From a virus, in IMG/VR virus record IMGVR_UViG_3300005613_000004: a DNA stretch of 64,000 nucleotides; one strand, written 5' to 3'. Shown here in pieces: positions 28,276 to 38,699 of this stretch. The number at the start of each line of letters is the position of its first letter. Position 1 is the first letter of the stretch. The notes under the pieces are model-generated. The model was given only the letters and a program-made list of their open reading frames with translations. It ran no database searches and had not been told where the DNA came from. The translations under genes and the position numbers were made by a program.

Positions 28276-28581
28276 ATGAAAAGTTTTCAACAATTTCTCT
28301 CAGAAAGTATCACCATCAACGGTGATTTTAATGGAACTCTCAATGTAGGAGGTTCCCAACCAGCACAACCACAAGAATCTTTCTTTGCTGATGTTGTCTG
28401 GGAAGGAAAGATCTATCGTTTGGAAATCGAAGGTAAGATGATGAGTAAAAGTGAATTAGCAGAGGAAATTTTAAAAGAATATCCTGGAGCAATTATTCAT
28501 AACATTTATCCCGGTAAGGAATTTACAAAAATTAAAAGTGCTCAAAGGTATCGTCCAGAAAGATTATCATGGAGTGATTAA
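28276..28581 (+). CDS. Hypothetical protein with T4-type capsid-targeting N-terminus (101 aa)
   Basis: Starts MKSFQQFLSE, resembling the T4 internal-protein leader MKTYQEFIAE. Confidence 0.75.
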   Translation: MKSFQQFLSESITINGDFNGTLNVGGSQPAQPQESFFADVVWEGKIYRLEIEGKMMSKSELAEEILKEYPGAIIHNIYPGKEFTKIKSAQRYRPERLSWSD

Positions 28582-29936
28582 TGGCTCAGTGGAATAAAAA
28601 TACTCAAGATTATCTAAACCAGGAAAGAACACTCCACGAAGTTTTTATGTGTGCCGATAGATACGGTAACATTGGAGATTGTGGAGTAACTACTGGTACA
28701 AGTGGTGGAGGAGTTGATGCTTTTGGAAGATCAAGAACATCAGAACCATTTACACTTGCCGACTATACACACATTTATGGTGAAGAAGTAGAACTTCTTA
28801 CGAAAGTTGTTGGTGCTGGTGCCACAACCGAAGTAAATCCAAATACAGCATCTATTGCATTAATTGTTGGAACTGGTGCAACGGATCAGGTTATTCACCA
28901 ATCCAGAATGTATCATCATTACATGCCTGGTAAGTCTCAATTTATAATGGCAAGTTTTAATTTTCTTGATGTAAGAGAAAATACAACAAAGAAAATGGGA
29001 TATTATGATGATAGAGACGGAATATTCATTCAACAGGAAGGAGACGGTACTGTTTCTGTTGTAAGACGATCACATAACACAGGAATTACTAGTGATACAG
29101 TAGTCAATCAGGATAATTGGAATTTAGATCCTATGAATGGTACTGGGGTTACTGGTGTATCTTTGGACTTCACCAAAACACAGTTGTTTGCAGCAGACTT
29201 TCAATGGTTGGGTGTGGGTAGGATAAGATGTGGATTTGTTGTAGGTGGGCAAACTATATACTTCCACGAATTTAATCATGCTAATGTGGAAGAACATGCA
29301 TATTGGTCACTTCCATCACTTCCAATTAGATGTGAAATTGCCAATACAGGAGCTGCTGTTGGTATCACATCAATGGAACAAATCTGCTCCACTGTAATGA
29401 GTGAAGGTGGATATGTTGAAACTGGTGTTGAGTTTGCTGCACATAATGGACCAATAACTTTATCAAGAAATACACAAAGCACATTTAGACAATGTGTAGG
29501 TGCTATTAGACTATCTAATACATTCAAAGGAATTCCAAATAGAACAACAGTTAGATTGACTGATATTGAAGTATTGAGTGCTTCCACAAGTTGTAGACTT
29601 GAGATTTGGAGATTACCAGGCAATAGTAATATTACAGGTGGAACTTGGGAAGATGTTAACGATGATTCTGCAGTTCAATATAATGTTGGTATCGGAACAA
29701 ATTTTACAACAACTGGTGGAGACTTGAAAAATTCAACATTACTTGCTGCAAATAATCCATCAGGAAAACAAGCATCATCTACGGTTGCATTTAATCCGAC
29801 TAGTGCAAGAAGATCTTATATTGCACAAAACATTGATGCTAATGATAGTAATATTTTTGCTATTATTGTAGAAAATTTATCTGATAATAGTGACACAGAA
29901 ATTTTCAATGCATTTCAGTGGAGAGAAACTAGATAG
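28581..29936 (+). CDS. Putative virion protein (451 aa), beta-rich
   Basis: VDAFGRSRTSEP, YMPGKSQ and DFQWLGVGRIRCGF motifs recalled from uncharacterised phage structural proteins; lies in the late operon. Confidence 0.7.
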   Translation: MAQWNKNTQDYLNQERTLHEVFMCADRYGNIGDCGVTTGTSGGGVDAFGRSRTSEPFTLADYTHIYGEEVELLTKVVGAGATTEVNPNTASIALIVGTGATDQVIHQSRMYHHYMPGKSQFIMASFNFLDVRENTTKKMGYYDDRDGIFIQQEGDGTVSVVRRSHNTGITSDTVVNQDNWNLDPMNGTGVTGVSLDFTKTQLFAADFQWLGVGRIRCGFVVGGQTIYFHEFNHANVEEHAYWSLPSLPIRCEIANTGAAVGITSMEQICSTVMSEGGYVETGVEFAAHNGPITLSRNTQSTFRQCVGAIRLSNTFKGIPNRTTVRLTDIEVLSASTSCRLEIWRLPGNSNITGGTWEDVNDDSAVQYNVGIGTNFTTTGGDLKNSTLLAANNPSGKQASSTVAFNPTSARRSYIAQNIDANDSNIFAIIVENLSDNSDTEIFNAFQWRETR

Positions 29937-29946
29937 GTAATTAATT

Positions 29947-31593
29947 ATGAGTGAAGTATATCTTGGTAATCCGTTATTAAAAAAAGCAAATACTGCGATT
30001 GAATTCACCAAAGAGCAGATTATTGAATTCCTTAAGTGTAGGGAAGACCCAATTTATTTTGCTAATAATTATGTGAAGATTGTTTCTCTTGATGAAGGTT
30101 TAACACAGTTTCACCCATATCACTTTCAAGAGAAACTAATTGAGAACTTTCATAATCATAGATTTAATATCTGCAAAATGCCAAGACAGACTGGTAAGTC
30201 TACTACGGTGGTTTCTTATCTTTTACACTTTCTCATCTTTAATGATAGTGTAAATATAGGTATTTTGGCAAACAAGGCAGCAACAGCAAGAGAATTGTTA
30301 GGAAGATTAGCAACTGCCTATGAAAACTTACCTAAATGGATGCAGCAAGGTATTATATCTTGGAACAAAGGTTCTATTGAATTGGAAAATGGCAGTAAGA
30401 TATTGGCAGCATCTACGTCTGCAAGTGCTGTCAGAGGTATGTCATTTAACATCCTCTTTCTTGACGAGTTTGCATTCGTTCCAAATCACGTTGCCGACTC
30501 ATTTTTTGCCTCTGTTTATCCTACTATTACTTCTGGCAAAAACACTAAAGTGATTATTGTATCTACTCCACATGGTATGAATCACTTTTATCGCATGTGG
30601 CACGATGCAGAAAATAAAAAGAATGAATATATTCCTACAGAAGTTCATTGGTCTGAAGTTCCTGGTAGAGATATTGCATGGAAAGAGCAGACAATTGCAA
30701 ACACTTCTGAACAACAGTTTAAGGTTGAGTTTGAATGTGAATTTTTAGGATCAGTTAATACTTTAATTAATCCAGCAAAACTCAAAACTCTTGTATATGA
30801 AGATCCGATACAAAGAAATGCTGGGTTGGATATATATGAGAAGCCAATTAAAGAGCATAATTATCTAATTACGGTGGATGTTGCCCGTGGTCTTGGCAAT
30901 GATTATTCAGCTTTTATTGTTTTTGATATAACAGAATTTCCATATAAAGTAGTTGCTAAGTATAGAAATAATGAAATAAAACCAATGCTATTTCCTAGTA
31001 TTATTTTAGATGTTGCAAAAGGATATAATTATTCTTGGTTACTAATTGAGGTCAATGATATTGGGGATCAAGTTGCAAGTATTCTTCAATATGATTTAGA
31101 ATATGAAAATATTCTTATGTGTGCAATGCGAGGTAGAAATGGTCAGATGGTTGGTTCTGGATTTAGTGGAAAAAAATCACAACTTGGAGTCAGAACAACA
31201 GCAGCAGTTAAGAAATTGGGATGCTCTAACCTTAAAACACTAATTGAAGATGATAAGTTACTTGCATCAGATTATGAAATTATTTCAGAACTAACTACTT
31301 TTGCACAGAAGGGAAATTCTTTTGAAGCAGAAGAAGGTTGCAATGATGACTTAGCAATGTGTCTTGTAATTTTTTCTTGGTTAGTTGCTCAAGAATACTT
31401 CAAGGAAATGACAGAAAATGATATAAGAAAAAGAATATATGAGGAGCAAAGGAATCAAATTGAACAAGATATGTCCCCATTTGGATTTATTTCTGATGGA
31501 TTGGATAATTTGGAAAGTTTTGTAGATAAAGATGGAGATAGATGGCATATTGATGAATATGGCGATCGTTCTTATATGTGGGATTATATGTAA
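29947..31593 (+). CDS. gp17: Terminase large subunit gp17
   Basis: Walker A-like PRQTGKST, Walker B LFLDEFAF, IIVSTPHG, nuclease motif TVDVARGLGNDYSAF and NDDLAM. Confidence 0.97.
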   Translation: MSEVYLGNPLLKKANTAIEFTKEQIIEFLKCREDPIYFANNYVKIVSLDEGLTQFHPYHFQEKLIENFHNHRFNICKMPRQTGKSTTVVSYLLHFLIFNDSVNIGILANKAATARELLGRLATAYENLPKWMQQGIISWNKGSIELENGSKILAASTSASAVRGMSFNILFLDEFAFVPNHVADSFFASVYPTITSGKNTKVIIVSTPHGMNHFYRMWHDAENKKNEYIPTEVHWSEVPGRDIAWKEQTIANTSEQQFKVEFECEFLGSVNTLINPAKLKTLVYEDPIQRNAGLDIYEKPIKEHNYLITVDVARGLGNDYSAFIVFDITEFPYKVVAKYRNNEIKPMLFPSIILDVAKGYNYSWLLIEVNDIGDQVASILQYDLEYENILMCAMRGRNGQMVGSGFSGKKSQLGVRTTAAVKKLGCSNLKTLIEDDKLLASDYEIISELTTFAQKGNSFEAEEGCNDDLAMCLVIFSWLVAQEYFKEMTENDIRKRIYEEQRNQIEQDMSPFGFISDGLDNLESFVDKDGDRWHIDEYGDRSYMWDYM

Positions 31594-31832
31594 TGTCTTT
31601 TGATGAAGATATTGAATTGGGGCATTTATTATTCTTTGATCGTAAATGTAGAGTTTGTGGAAAAGTAAAAAATTTATTAGATGACTTTTACTTATCTAGA
31701 AAAGGCAAAAAAATTCTAGCATCAGCATATTCTTACGAGTGTAAGGATTGTACAATAAAAAGAATTACTGAGAAGAGGAAAGAAGAATACAACCCAGTTC
31801 CTAGAATAAAAGATGTATATCCTGACTGGTAG
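31593..31832 (+). CDS. Small zinc-ribbon protein (79 aa)
   Basis: CRVC...ECKDC pair. ATG 31593 overlaps the gp17 stop (TAATG) and is preferred over 31578. Confidence 0.7.
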   Translation: MSFDEDIELGHLLFFDRKCRVCGKVKNLLDDFYLSRKGKKILASAYSYECKDCTIKRITEKRKEEYNPVPRIKDVYPDW

Positions 31833-31873
31833 TTTGTTCGTGTGTTGTTTCCCCACTGAAAATACACCTTTTC

Positions 31874-31880
31874 CTAAATA
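31874..31880 (+). promoter_or_regulatory. Late promoter variant CTAAATA for gp18
   Basis: Intergenic, about 35 nt upstream of gp18. Confidence 0.65.
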
Positions 31881-31915
31881 TTTTTAGATAAATTTGGATT
31901 GCGAGGACAGATAAG

Positions 31916-34105
31916 ATGCCACTAAACTTAGCATCTCCTGGTATTGTAGTAAGAGAAGTAGACCTAACAGTTGGTAGGGTTGATCCAACTTCTGCCGGTA
32001 CTGGTGCTATTGCTGCACCTTTTGCAAAAGGTCCAGTAAACGAACCAACATTGATTGGAAGTGAAAAGGAATTATTAGATACATTTGGTAAACCATATAG
32101 TAATGATAATCACTATGAACATTGGTTAAATGCATCATCATATCTTGCATATGGTGGTCTTTTATCAGTAGTGAGATCAGACGACAGTGAATTAAAAAAT
32201 TCATTTGTTGGTGCTGCAAGCACTGTTAAAATAAGAAGTACAGAACATTATGAAGCACTTGGATATGACGAAAATCCAATTACTGGTGTAACAGTTGTTT
32301 CAAAAAATCCCGGAAGTTGGGGAAATGCACTTAGAATTGGAATTATTGATTCAAAGGCAGATCAAATTCTGACTGGAATTACTACGACAAATATTTCTGT
32401 CGGTATGGGTGTTACTCAATCAGTGAGTGGAAGAATTGATATTGGTGCTGGAACTACATCTGTTCTTGATGGATATCTAAAAGGTATTGTCACTGAAGTT
32501 GATTCAACTGCAATAAGTGTTAAGGTACTTTCACACGTTAGTGCAGCAGGGACTGAATACACTAAAGATTATCAAGAATCTGGAACTTGGGCATTTACTA
32601 GCACAGGTAATGTTGCTATTCACACTGCAGGTAATTCCACATCTTTTGCAACAACTTCTTATACTGGACAAAGTGATTGGTTTGATCAACAGGAATTAAG
32701 ACTAACTTCATCTTCCACTGTTAAGTGGAATACTTTGGCAGATCGTCCAGGAACTTCTTTATATGCTGCAGAAAGAGGTTCTAGATTTGATGAAGTTCAT
32801 GTTGTTGTAATTGATAATGATGGATCAATTACTGCAAATTCCGGAACAATTCTTGAAAAGAATTTAAGTCTTTCCAAGGCAAAAGATGCTGAGTATTCTC
32901 TTGGATCACCTTCATATTGGAGATCTTTTCTCAAAAATTCTTCTCAATATATTTTTGGTGGATCTGCACCTGCCGGAATCGTAACAACTGGATTTAAAAG
33001 TAGTGGAACTGGTTTTGATTTAGAAACCGATGTAGGTTGGGATCAAGATGCGGAGGGAATCACTTTTGCAGCATATGGAAATTTGGGTGGAATTGGAATT
33101 TCCACTGAAAATCAATTAACTCGTGGGACAAATTATGATGGAGGAACTGATATCGATGCAACAGGTGCATTAAGTTCTGGACTTGATGATATTGTATCTG
33201 GATATACTTTATTTGAAAATACAGAAAGATTTGATGTAGACTTCATTTTGATGGGATCTGCAGCATACTCTAAAGAAGAAGCACAGGCACTTGCTAATAA
33301 GTGTATTGCAGTTGCAGAATTGAGACAAGATTCAATTGCATTCATCTCACCATATAGAGGTGCTGCCATTAATGATACTGATGACCAAAATGCAGTCAAT
33401 GTAAATACTGATGAAGATATCACTGATAACGTAATTAGTTTTTACTCCCCAATCACTTCATCATCTTATGCAGTATTTGATAGTGGTTATAAGTATATGT
33501 TTGATAGATTTGCAAATACATTCAGATATATTCCATTAAATGGTGATATTGCTGGTCTTTGTGTTAGAACTGATAGAGAACAATTTCCCTGGTTCTCACC
33601 AGCAGGAACAAATAGAGGTTCAATTCTCAATATTGTAAAACTTGCATACAATCCAAGTAAAGTTCAAAGAGACAAACTTTATACAAACAGAGTTAATCCA
33701 GTTATATTCTCTCCAGGTGCAGGTATTGTTCTCTTTGGTGATAAAACTGGATTTGCTAAGTCATCCGCATTTGATCGTATTAATGTTCGTCGTCTGTTCC
33801 TCTATCTTGAAGATGCGATTTCTGCAGCAGCAAAAGATCAACTCTTCGAATTTAATGATGAAATTACAAGAACTAATTTTGTAAATATTGTTGAACCATT
33901 TCTTCGTGATGTTCAAGCAAAGAGAGGTATTTTTGATTATGTTGTTGTTTGTGATGAAACAAACAATACTGCTGCAGTTATAGATAATAACGAATTTGTA
34001 GCAGATATTTATATTAAGCCAACAAGGTCTATCAACTTTATTGGTCTTACATTTGTTGCCACCAGAACTGGTGTTTCATTTGAAGAAGTTATCGGTAACG
34101 TTTAA
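31916..34105 (+). CDS. gp18: Tail sheath protein gp18
   Basis: LASPGIVVREVDLT, PWFSPAG.NRG, FDRINVRRLF and IYIKPTRSINFI. Confidence 0.97.
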   Translation: MPLNLASPGIVVREVDLTVGRVDPTSAGTGAIAAPFAKGPVNEPTLIGSEKELLDTFGKPYSNDNHYEHWLNASSYLAYGGLLSVVRSDDSELKNSFVGAASTVKIRSTEHYEALGYDENPITGVTVVSKNPGSWGNALRIGIIDSKADQILTGITTTNISVGMGVTQSVSGRIDIGAGTTSVLDGYLKGIVTEVDSTAISVKVLSHVSAAGTEYTKDYQESGTWAFTSTGNVAIHTAGNSTSFATTSYTGQSDWFDQQELRLTSSSTVKWNTLADRPGTSLYAAERGSRFDEVHVVVIDNDGSITANSGTILEKNLSLSKAKDAEYSLGSPSYWRSFLKNSSQYIFGGSAPAGIVTTGFKSSGTGFDLETDVGWDQDAEGITFAAYGNLGGIGISTENQLTRGTNYDGGTDIDATGALSSGLDDIVSGYTLFENTERFDVDFILMGSAAYSKEEAQALANKCIAVAELRQDSIAFISPYRGAAINDTDDQNAVNVNTDEDITDNVISFYSPITSSSYAVFDSGYKYMFDRFANTFRYIPLNGDIAGLCVRTDREQFPWFSPAGTNRGSILNIVKLAYNPSKVQRDKLYTNRVNPVIFSPGAGIVLFGDKTGFAKSSAFDRINVRRLFLYLEDAISAAAKDQLFEFNDEITRTNFVNIVEPFLRDVQAKRGIFDYVVVCDETNNTAAVIDNNEFVADIYIKPTRSINFIGLTFVATRTGVSFEEVIGNV

Positions 34106-34124
34106 TCTAGAGGTTTAAAGAACA

Positions 34125-34724
34125 ATGCCTAATCGTCAACAGGTAAATACTTTACCATTAAGAACAATCAGTGACTTTAAAAGTAAGTTGAAGGGTGGTG
34201 GTGCGAGACCCAATTTATTTGAGGTTGAGTTAACATTTCCATCTGGAGTTTCTGTTCAAGCAGAAAATGAAGTTATTGATAATGCAAGATTTCTTGTAAA
34301 AGCAGCAGCACTTCCTGCATCAACTATAGCACCCATTGATATTCCATTCAGAGGAAGAATTTTAAAAATTGCAGGTGATAGAACATTTGAAACTTGGACT
34401 ATCACAGTTATTAATGATGTATCATTTAATATTAGATCTGCTATGGAAAAGTGGATGAATTTTATCAACAAACTTGATAATGGAACTGGAGAAACTGATC
34501 CAGCACTTTATCACGTAGATGCTAAAGTTCATCAACTGAATAGAGATGGTGGAATTCTCAGAAGTTATGTCTTTAAAGATGTTTTCCCAACTAACATTTC
34601 TGCAATTGATTTGAGTTATGAAACCACTGATACTATTCAAGAGTTTACTGTAGAAATGCAAGTTCACTATTGGGAAGCATTCAAAGGTAATGCCGAAGAT
34701 TCGGGTGGTGAAAGCATTAGCTAA
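34125..34724 (+). CDS. gp19: Tail tube protein gp19
   Basis: GGGARPNLFEV, FRGRILKIAGDRTFETWTITVIND and IQEFTVE.QVHYWE. Confidence 0.96.
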   Translation: MPNRQQVNTLPLRTISDFKSKLKGGGARPNLFEVELTFPSGVSVQAENEVIDNARFLVKAAALPASTIAPIDIPFRGRILKIAGDRTFETWTITVINDVSFNIRSAMEKWMNFINKLDNGTGETDPALYHVDAKVHQLNRDGGILRSYVFKDVFPTNISAIDLSYETTDTIQEFTVEMQVHYWEAFKGNAEDSGGESIS

Positions 34725-34757
34725 ATAGTAAAATAACATCTCAAGACAGTTTATAAT

Positions 34758-36416
34758 ATGGCAAAACTTTTCGGGTTTTCTATTGAAAATACTAATAAAG
34801 AATCTAAATCTATAGTTTCCCCCGTTCCTCAAAATAATGAGGACGGGGTTGATAATTATATTGCTAGTGGTTTTTATGGTTCTTATGTAGATATTGAGGG
34901 ACAATATAGAACAGAATTTGATTTAATCAAAAGATATAGAGAAATGTCTTTGCACCCAGAATGTGATGGTGCTATTGAGGATGTTGTCAATGAAGCAATT
35001 GTTAGTGATCTTTATGATTCTCCAGTAGAAATAGAATTATCTAATCTTAAGGCAACTGATAAGTTAAAAAGAATAATCAGAGATGAGTTTAAACATATTA
35101 AAGAAATTTTAGATTTTGATAAAAAATCTCATGAAATTTTTAGAAATTGGTATGTTGATGGTAGAATATATTATCATAAAGTTATAGATTTAAAAAAACC
35201 TCAGGAGGGAATCAAAGAACTGAGGTATATTGACCCAATGAAAATGCGGTTTGTCCGTCAAGAAAAGAAAAAAGATAGAAATATTATCGGACCTAATATT
35301 AAATCTGCTAATGAAACTTCTTCAATAGCACCAGAAATTGAAGAATATTTTGTTTATTCACCAAAACCAAACTATCCAACGGGAAATTTAACTGGTGGTG
35401 GTGGAAATAAAGGAACAAAAATTTCAAAAGATGCAATTACATACTGTACCTCAGGTCTTGTAGACAGAAATAAAGGTAATGTACTTTCGTATCTTCATAA
35501 AGCAATTAAAGCACTCAATCAACTAAGAATGATTGAAGATTCTCTTGTTATCTATAGACTATCAAGAGCTCCAGAAAGAAGAATTTTTTATATTGATGTT
35601 GGCAATCTTCCAAAAATTAAAGCAGAACAATATCTTCGAGATGTTATGATGCGTTACCGGAATAAACTTGTATATGATGCAAATACAGGTGAAGTTCGTG
35701 ATGATCGCAAGTTTATGTCTATGATGGAAGATTTCTGGCTCCCAAGAAGAGAAGGAGGTCGTGGAACAGAAATCACCACACTTCCTGGTGGACAAAACTT
35801 AGGAGAACTTGCTGATATTGAATATTTTCAGAAAAAACTATACAGAGCACTTGGAGTTCCTGAGTCAAGAATTGCTGCTGATGGTGGATTTAATCTTGGT
35901 AGGTCATCAGAAATTTTGAGAGATGAACTTAAATTTTCCAAGTTTGTTTCCAGACTTAGAAAAAGATTTGCTTCTATGTTTACTGATATGCTCAAAACTC
36001 AATTGATACTTAAAAATATTGTATCAATTGAAGATTGGGAAGAAATTTCAGATCATATTCAATATGATTTTTTATATGATAATCAATTTGCAGAACTAAA
36101 AGAAACTGAATTATTAAATGAAAGACTTGGAACTCTTTCTACTATAGAACCTTATATTGGAAAATATTATTCTCAAGATTGGGTAAGGAGAAAAGTATTA
36201 CGTCAAACTGATGCAGAAATTATTGAAATGGATGAAAAAATTGAACAAGAAATTAAAGATGGAATTATTCCAGATCCAAGTGCAGTAGATCCAATTACCG
36301 GAGAACCATTACCAACTGATGATCAAAATATGATGGGCAACATCCCTATAGAACCTGAAATTGATGCATCTGCAGTGGAAGTGGATATAAAAGAACCAAA
36401 AGGTGGTGAAATATAA
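34758..36416 (+). CDS. gp20: Portal protein gp20
   Basis: RAPERRIFYIDVGNLPKIKAEQY and EDFWLPRREGGRGTEITTLPGG. Confidence 0.98.
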   Translation: MAKLFGFSIENTNKESKSIVSPVPQNNEDGVDNYIASGFYGSYVDIEGQYRTEFDLIKRYREMSLHPECDGAIEDVVNEAIVSDLYDSPVEIELSNLKATDKLKRIIRDEFKHIKEILDFDKKSHEIFRNWYVDGRIYYHKVIDLKKPQEGIKELRYIDPMKMRFVRQEKKKDRNIIGPNIKSANETSSIAPEIEEYFVYSPKPNYPTGNLTGGGGNKGTKISKDAITYCTSGLVDRNKGNVLSYLHKAIKALNQLRMIEDSLVIYRLSRAPERRIFYIDVGNLPKIKAEQYLRDVMMRYRNKLVYDANTGEVRDDRKFMSMMEDFWLPRREGGRGTEITTLPGGQNLGELADIEYFQKKLYRALGVPESRIAADGGFNLGRSSEILRDELKFSKFVSRLRKRFASMFTDMLKTQLILKNIVSIEDWEEISDHIQYDFLYDNQFAELKETELLNERLGTLSTIEPYIGKYYSQDWVRRKVLRQTDAEIIEMDEKIEQEIKDGIIPDPSAVDPITGEPLPTDDQNMMGNIPIEPEIDASAVEVDIKEPKGGEI

Positions 36417-36419
36417 ATA
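36412..36419 (+). promoter_or_regulatory. Late promoter TATAAATA
   Basis: Exact consensus overlapping the gp20 stop. Confidence 0.75.
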
Positions 36420-36441
36420 AGCATATAGATATAATAATTTT

Positions 36442-36609
36442 ATGGAAGACATCGTAAATTTGATTGGTTCTGATTCCTCTGCTTCAGATATTTCTGATAT
36501 GATTAAAGATACTCTTTATTTAAAAGCATCTGAGAAAATCGGAAATATTAGACCAATTGTTGGAACATCACTATTTGGTGGAGATCAATCATCCGAGGAT
36601 CAAGAATAA
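36442..36609 (+). CDS. Small protein (55 aa), positional equivalent of prohead core gp67; absent from the ORF track
   Basis: Hand translation: MEDIVNLIGSDSSASDISDMIKDTLYLKASEKIGNIRPIVGTSLFGGDQSSEDQE*. Follows a late promoter, and its stop overlaps the next ATG. Confidence 0.75.
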   Translation: MEDIVNLIGSDSSASDISDMIKDTLYLKASEKIGNIRPIVGTSLFGGDQSSEDQE

Positions 36610-36878
36610 TGACAAGAACTTTATTAGTAGGAATAGGTACAGAAGTTGCATTAGATAATGCAACTACTTTAGATAATGCAACAGTAATTAGAGTATTTAA
36701 TAATTCTGGCACAGATGCGACTGTTAGTGTCGCAAAAAGTAGCACTAGTGGTTACATTAGCACTGCAACTGTAACACTTCCTGCAGATACAGTTGAATTT
36801 TTTGAAAAAGGACCACAAGATCAAATTTCGGCATCAGTATCAACAGTAGTAGGTTTCAAAGTAGGATTCACAGGTTAA
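36609..36878 (+). CDS. Hypothetical head-region protein (89 aa)
   Basis: Coupled ORF between the gp67-like gene and gp21; beta-rich. Confidence 0.75.
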   Translation: MTRTLLVGIGTEVALDNATTLDNATVIRVFNNSGTDATVSVAKSSTSGYISTATVTLPADTVEFFEKGPQDQISASVSTVVGFKVGFTG

Positions 36879-36882
36879 TAAA

Positions 36883-37533
36883 ATGAAACTCATCACGGAA
36901 GAAATTTCAAACGTCAAAATTATTACCGAAGGTAAAGGTTCTGGCAAAAAACTTTACATTGAAGGACCATTCCTTCAAGCGGAAGTCGTAAACCGCAACA
37001 AGAGAATGTATCCCATGCAAATTCTTGCCAAGGAAGTTGATAGATACAATGAAGCTTTTATCAAAAAAGGACGTGCTCTCGGGGAACTTGGACATCCTGA
37101 TGGACCAACTGTAAATCTTGATCGGGTTTCTCATAAAATTACTTCACTTACTCAAGAAGGAAATAATTTTAAAGGCAGAGCACAAATCCTGAATACTCCA
37201 ATGGGTAAGATTGCATCTTCTCTTCTCGATGAAGGTGTAATGCTTGGAGTTTCCTCTCGTGGTGTTGGTTCATTGAGAGAAGATCGCAATGGTTGTAAAG
37301 TTGTTGGTGAAGACTTTATGTTGGCTACTGCTGCTGATATTGTTGCAGATCCCTCTGCTCCGGATGCTTTCGTTCAAGGTATTATGGAAGGAAAAGAGTG
37401 GGTATGGGAAGGAGGAGTTCTTCGTGAGCAGTTAGCAGAAAAAACACAGAAGAGAATTAATACTCTAGTTGATCAAAAAGCACTTGAAGAACATAAACTA
37501 GAATTATTTCACAATTTTATCTCAAATCTATAA
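36883..37533 (+). CDS. gp21: Prohead protease gp21
   Basis: MKLITEE propeptide, ALGELGHP, GVSSRGVGS and ADIVADPSAPDAFV. Confidence 0.96.
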   Translation: MKLITEEISNVKIITEGKGSGKKLYIEGPFLQAEVVNRNKRMYPMQILAKEVDRYNEAFIKKGRALGELGHPDGPTVNLDRVSHKITSLTQEGNNFKGRAQILNTPMGKIASSLLDEGVMLGVSSRGVGSLREDRNGCKVVGEDFMLATAADIVADPSAPDAFVQGIMEGKEWVWEGGVLREQLAEKTQKRINTLVDQKALEEHKLELFHNFISNL

Positions 37534-37535
37534 TT

Positions 37536-37543
37536 TATAAATA
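37536..37543 (+). promoter_or_regulatory. Late promoter TATAAATA
   Basis: Exact consensus upstream of gp22. Confidence 0.75.
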
Positions 37544-37575
37544 AATATAGATTAACACAAAAATCTATAAGTCAA

Positions 37576-38652
37576 ATGTCCGTTGGTAGCGATTTACAAG
37601 AAATGGAAAACGTAGTAACCAAAAATGCTGCTGCATCTGAACCAATGCAAAAACTGTCCCTTTCAACTCCCGGACAGGCTTCTGTAGAGGATCTCGGTGG
37701 CCCTACTCCCGAAAACTATAGAGTAGATGATGATTCTGCTAAACTTAAAGAACCCTCACTTGCAACTGTCAGTGACATTGTAAACAAAGGTGCAAAACCT
37801 GCTGAACCAATGAAAAAGGTTAAGGAGGAAAATGAAAATGAAGAGGAAATTGAGGAAGATTCTACTGAAGAAGAAACCTCAGTTTCTGAAGAAGAGGAAA
37901 TAGAAGAGGCACCTGTAGAAGAATATGATATTGAAGAAGATGTAAATGCACTTCTTCAAGGTGAAAATCTTTCCGAAGAATTTGAAGAAAGAGCACGTAC
38001 TATTTTTGAAACAGCTATTAAAACAAAAGTTGCTGCAATTCAAGAAGAATTAAAAGCAGAATATGAATCAACTCTCGAAGAGCAAGTTATTATCATTAAA
38101 GAAGAACTGACTGATAGAGTTGATGCTTACCTTGAGTATGTTTGTGAGGAGTGGGTTACTGAAAATCAACTCGCAATTGAGCAAGGTTTAAAAGCAGAAA
38201 TGACTGAATCATTCCTTTCTGGAATGAAAGGTCTTTTTGAAGATCATTATGTATCAATCCCTGAAGAAAAATATGATGTAACTACCGCAATGGTAGAGAA
38301 ATTAGATGAGATGGAAGATAAACTCAACGAGCAAATTAAGTCTAATATTGCTCTGAAACAAAGATTAGCAGAGTCAGTTGCTGATGTAATTTTCTCCGAT
38401 GTTTGTGAAGGTCTTGCACTTTCGCAAAAGGATAAATTAGCTTCTCTTGCCGAAAATGTTGAGTTTGATAGTGAAGATACATATCGTGAGAAACTGGTAG
38501 CACTGAGGGAATCTTATTTCCCATCCAACACTGGTACTCAAAGAGACGAGTCAGAGAATATTTCCGAAAGTTCTGATGCAGAGATTTCTGCTTCTGTAAC
38601 TCCATTAATGGAAGGATATCTTCAAACTCTGACTAGAGTTTCGAAAAAGTGA
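37576..38652 (+). CDS. gp22: Prohead core scaffold gp22
   Basis: Acidic coiled coil; LSEEFEERARTIFE, VDAYLEYV.EEW and LRESYF; lies between gp21 and gp23. Confidence 0.95.
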   Translation: MSVGSDLQEMENVVTKNAAASEPMQKLSLSTPGQASVEDLGGPTPENYRVDDDSAKLKEPSLATVSDIVNKGAKPAEPMKKVKEENENEEEIEEDSTEEETSVSEEEEIEEAPVEEYDIEEDVNALLQGENLSEEFEERARTIFETAIKTKVAAIQEELKAEYESTLEEQVIIIKEELTDRVDAYLEYVCEEWVTENQLAIEQGLKAEMTESFLSGMKGLFEDHYVSIPEEKYDVTTAMVEKLDEMEDKLNEQIKSNIALKQRLAESVADVIFSDVCEGLALSQKDKLASLAENVEFDSEDTYREKLVALRESYFPSNTGTQRDESENISESSDAEISASVTPLMEGYLQTLTRVSKK

Positions 38653-38699
38653 TTTTTATATCATAAGTCAAACTAACTTTTTAAAGAGGTAAATTTCAA

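Noticed and set aside
34422-34904. 160-aa minus-strand ORF across the gp19/gp20 junction
   Set aside because: Antisense shadow of two core genes; I/F/N-rich composition expected from the reverse of AT-rich codons; no motif or SD.
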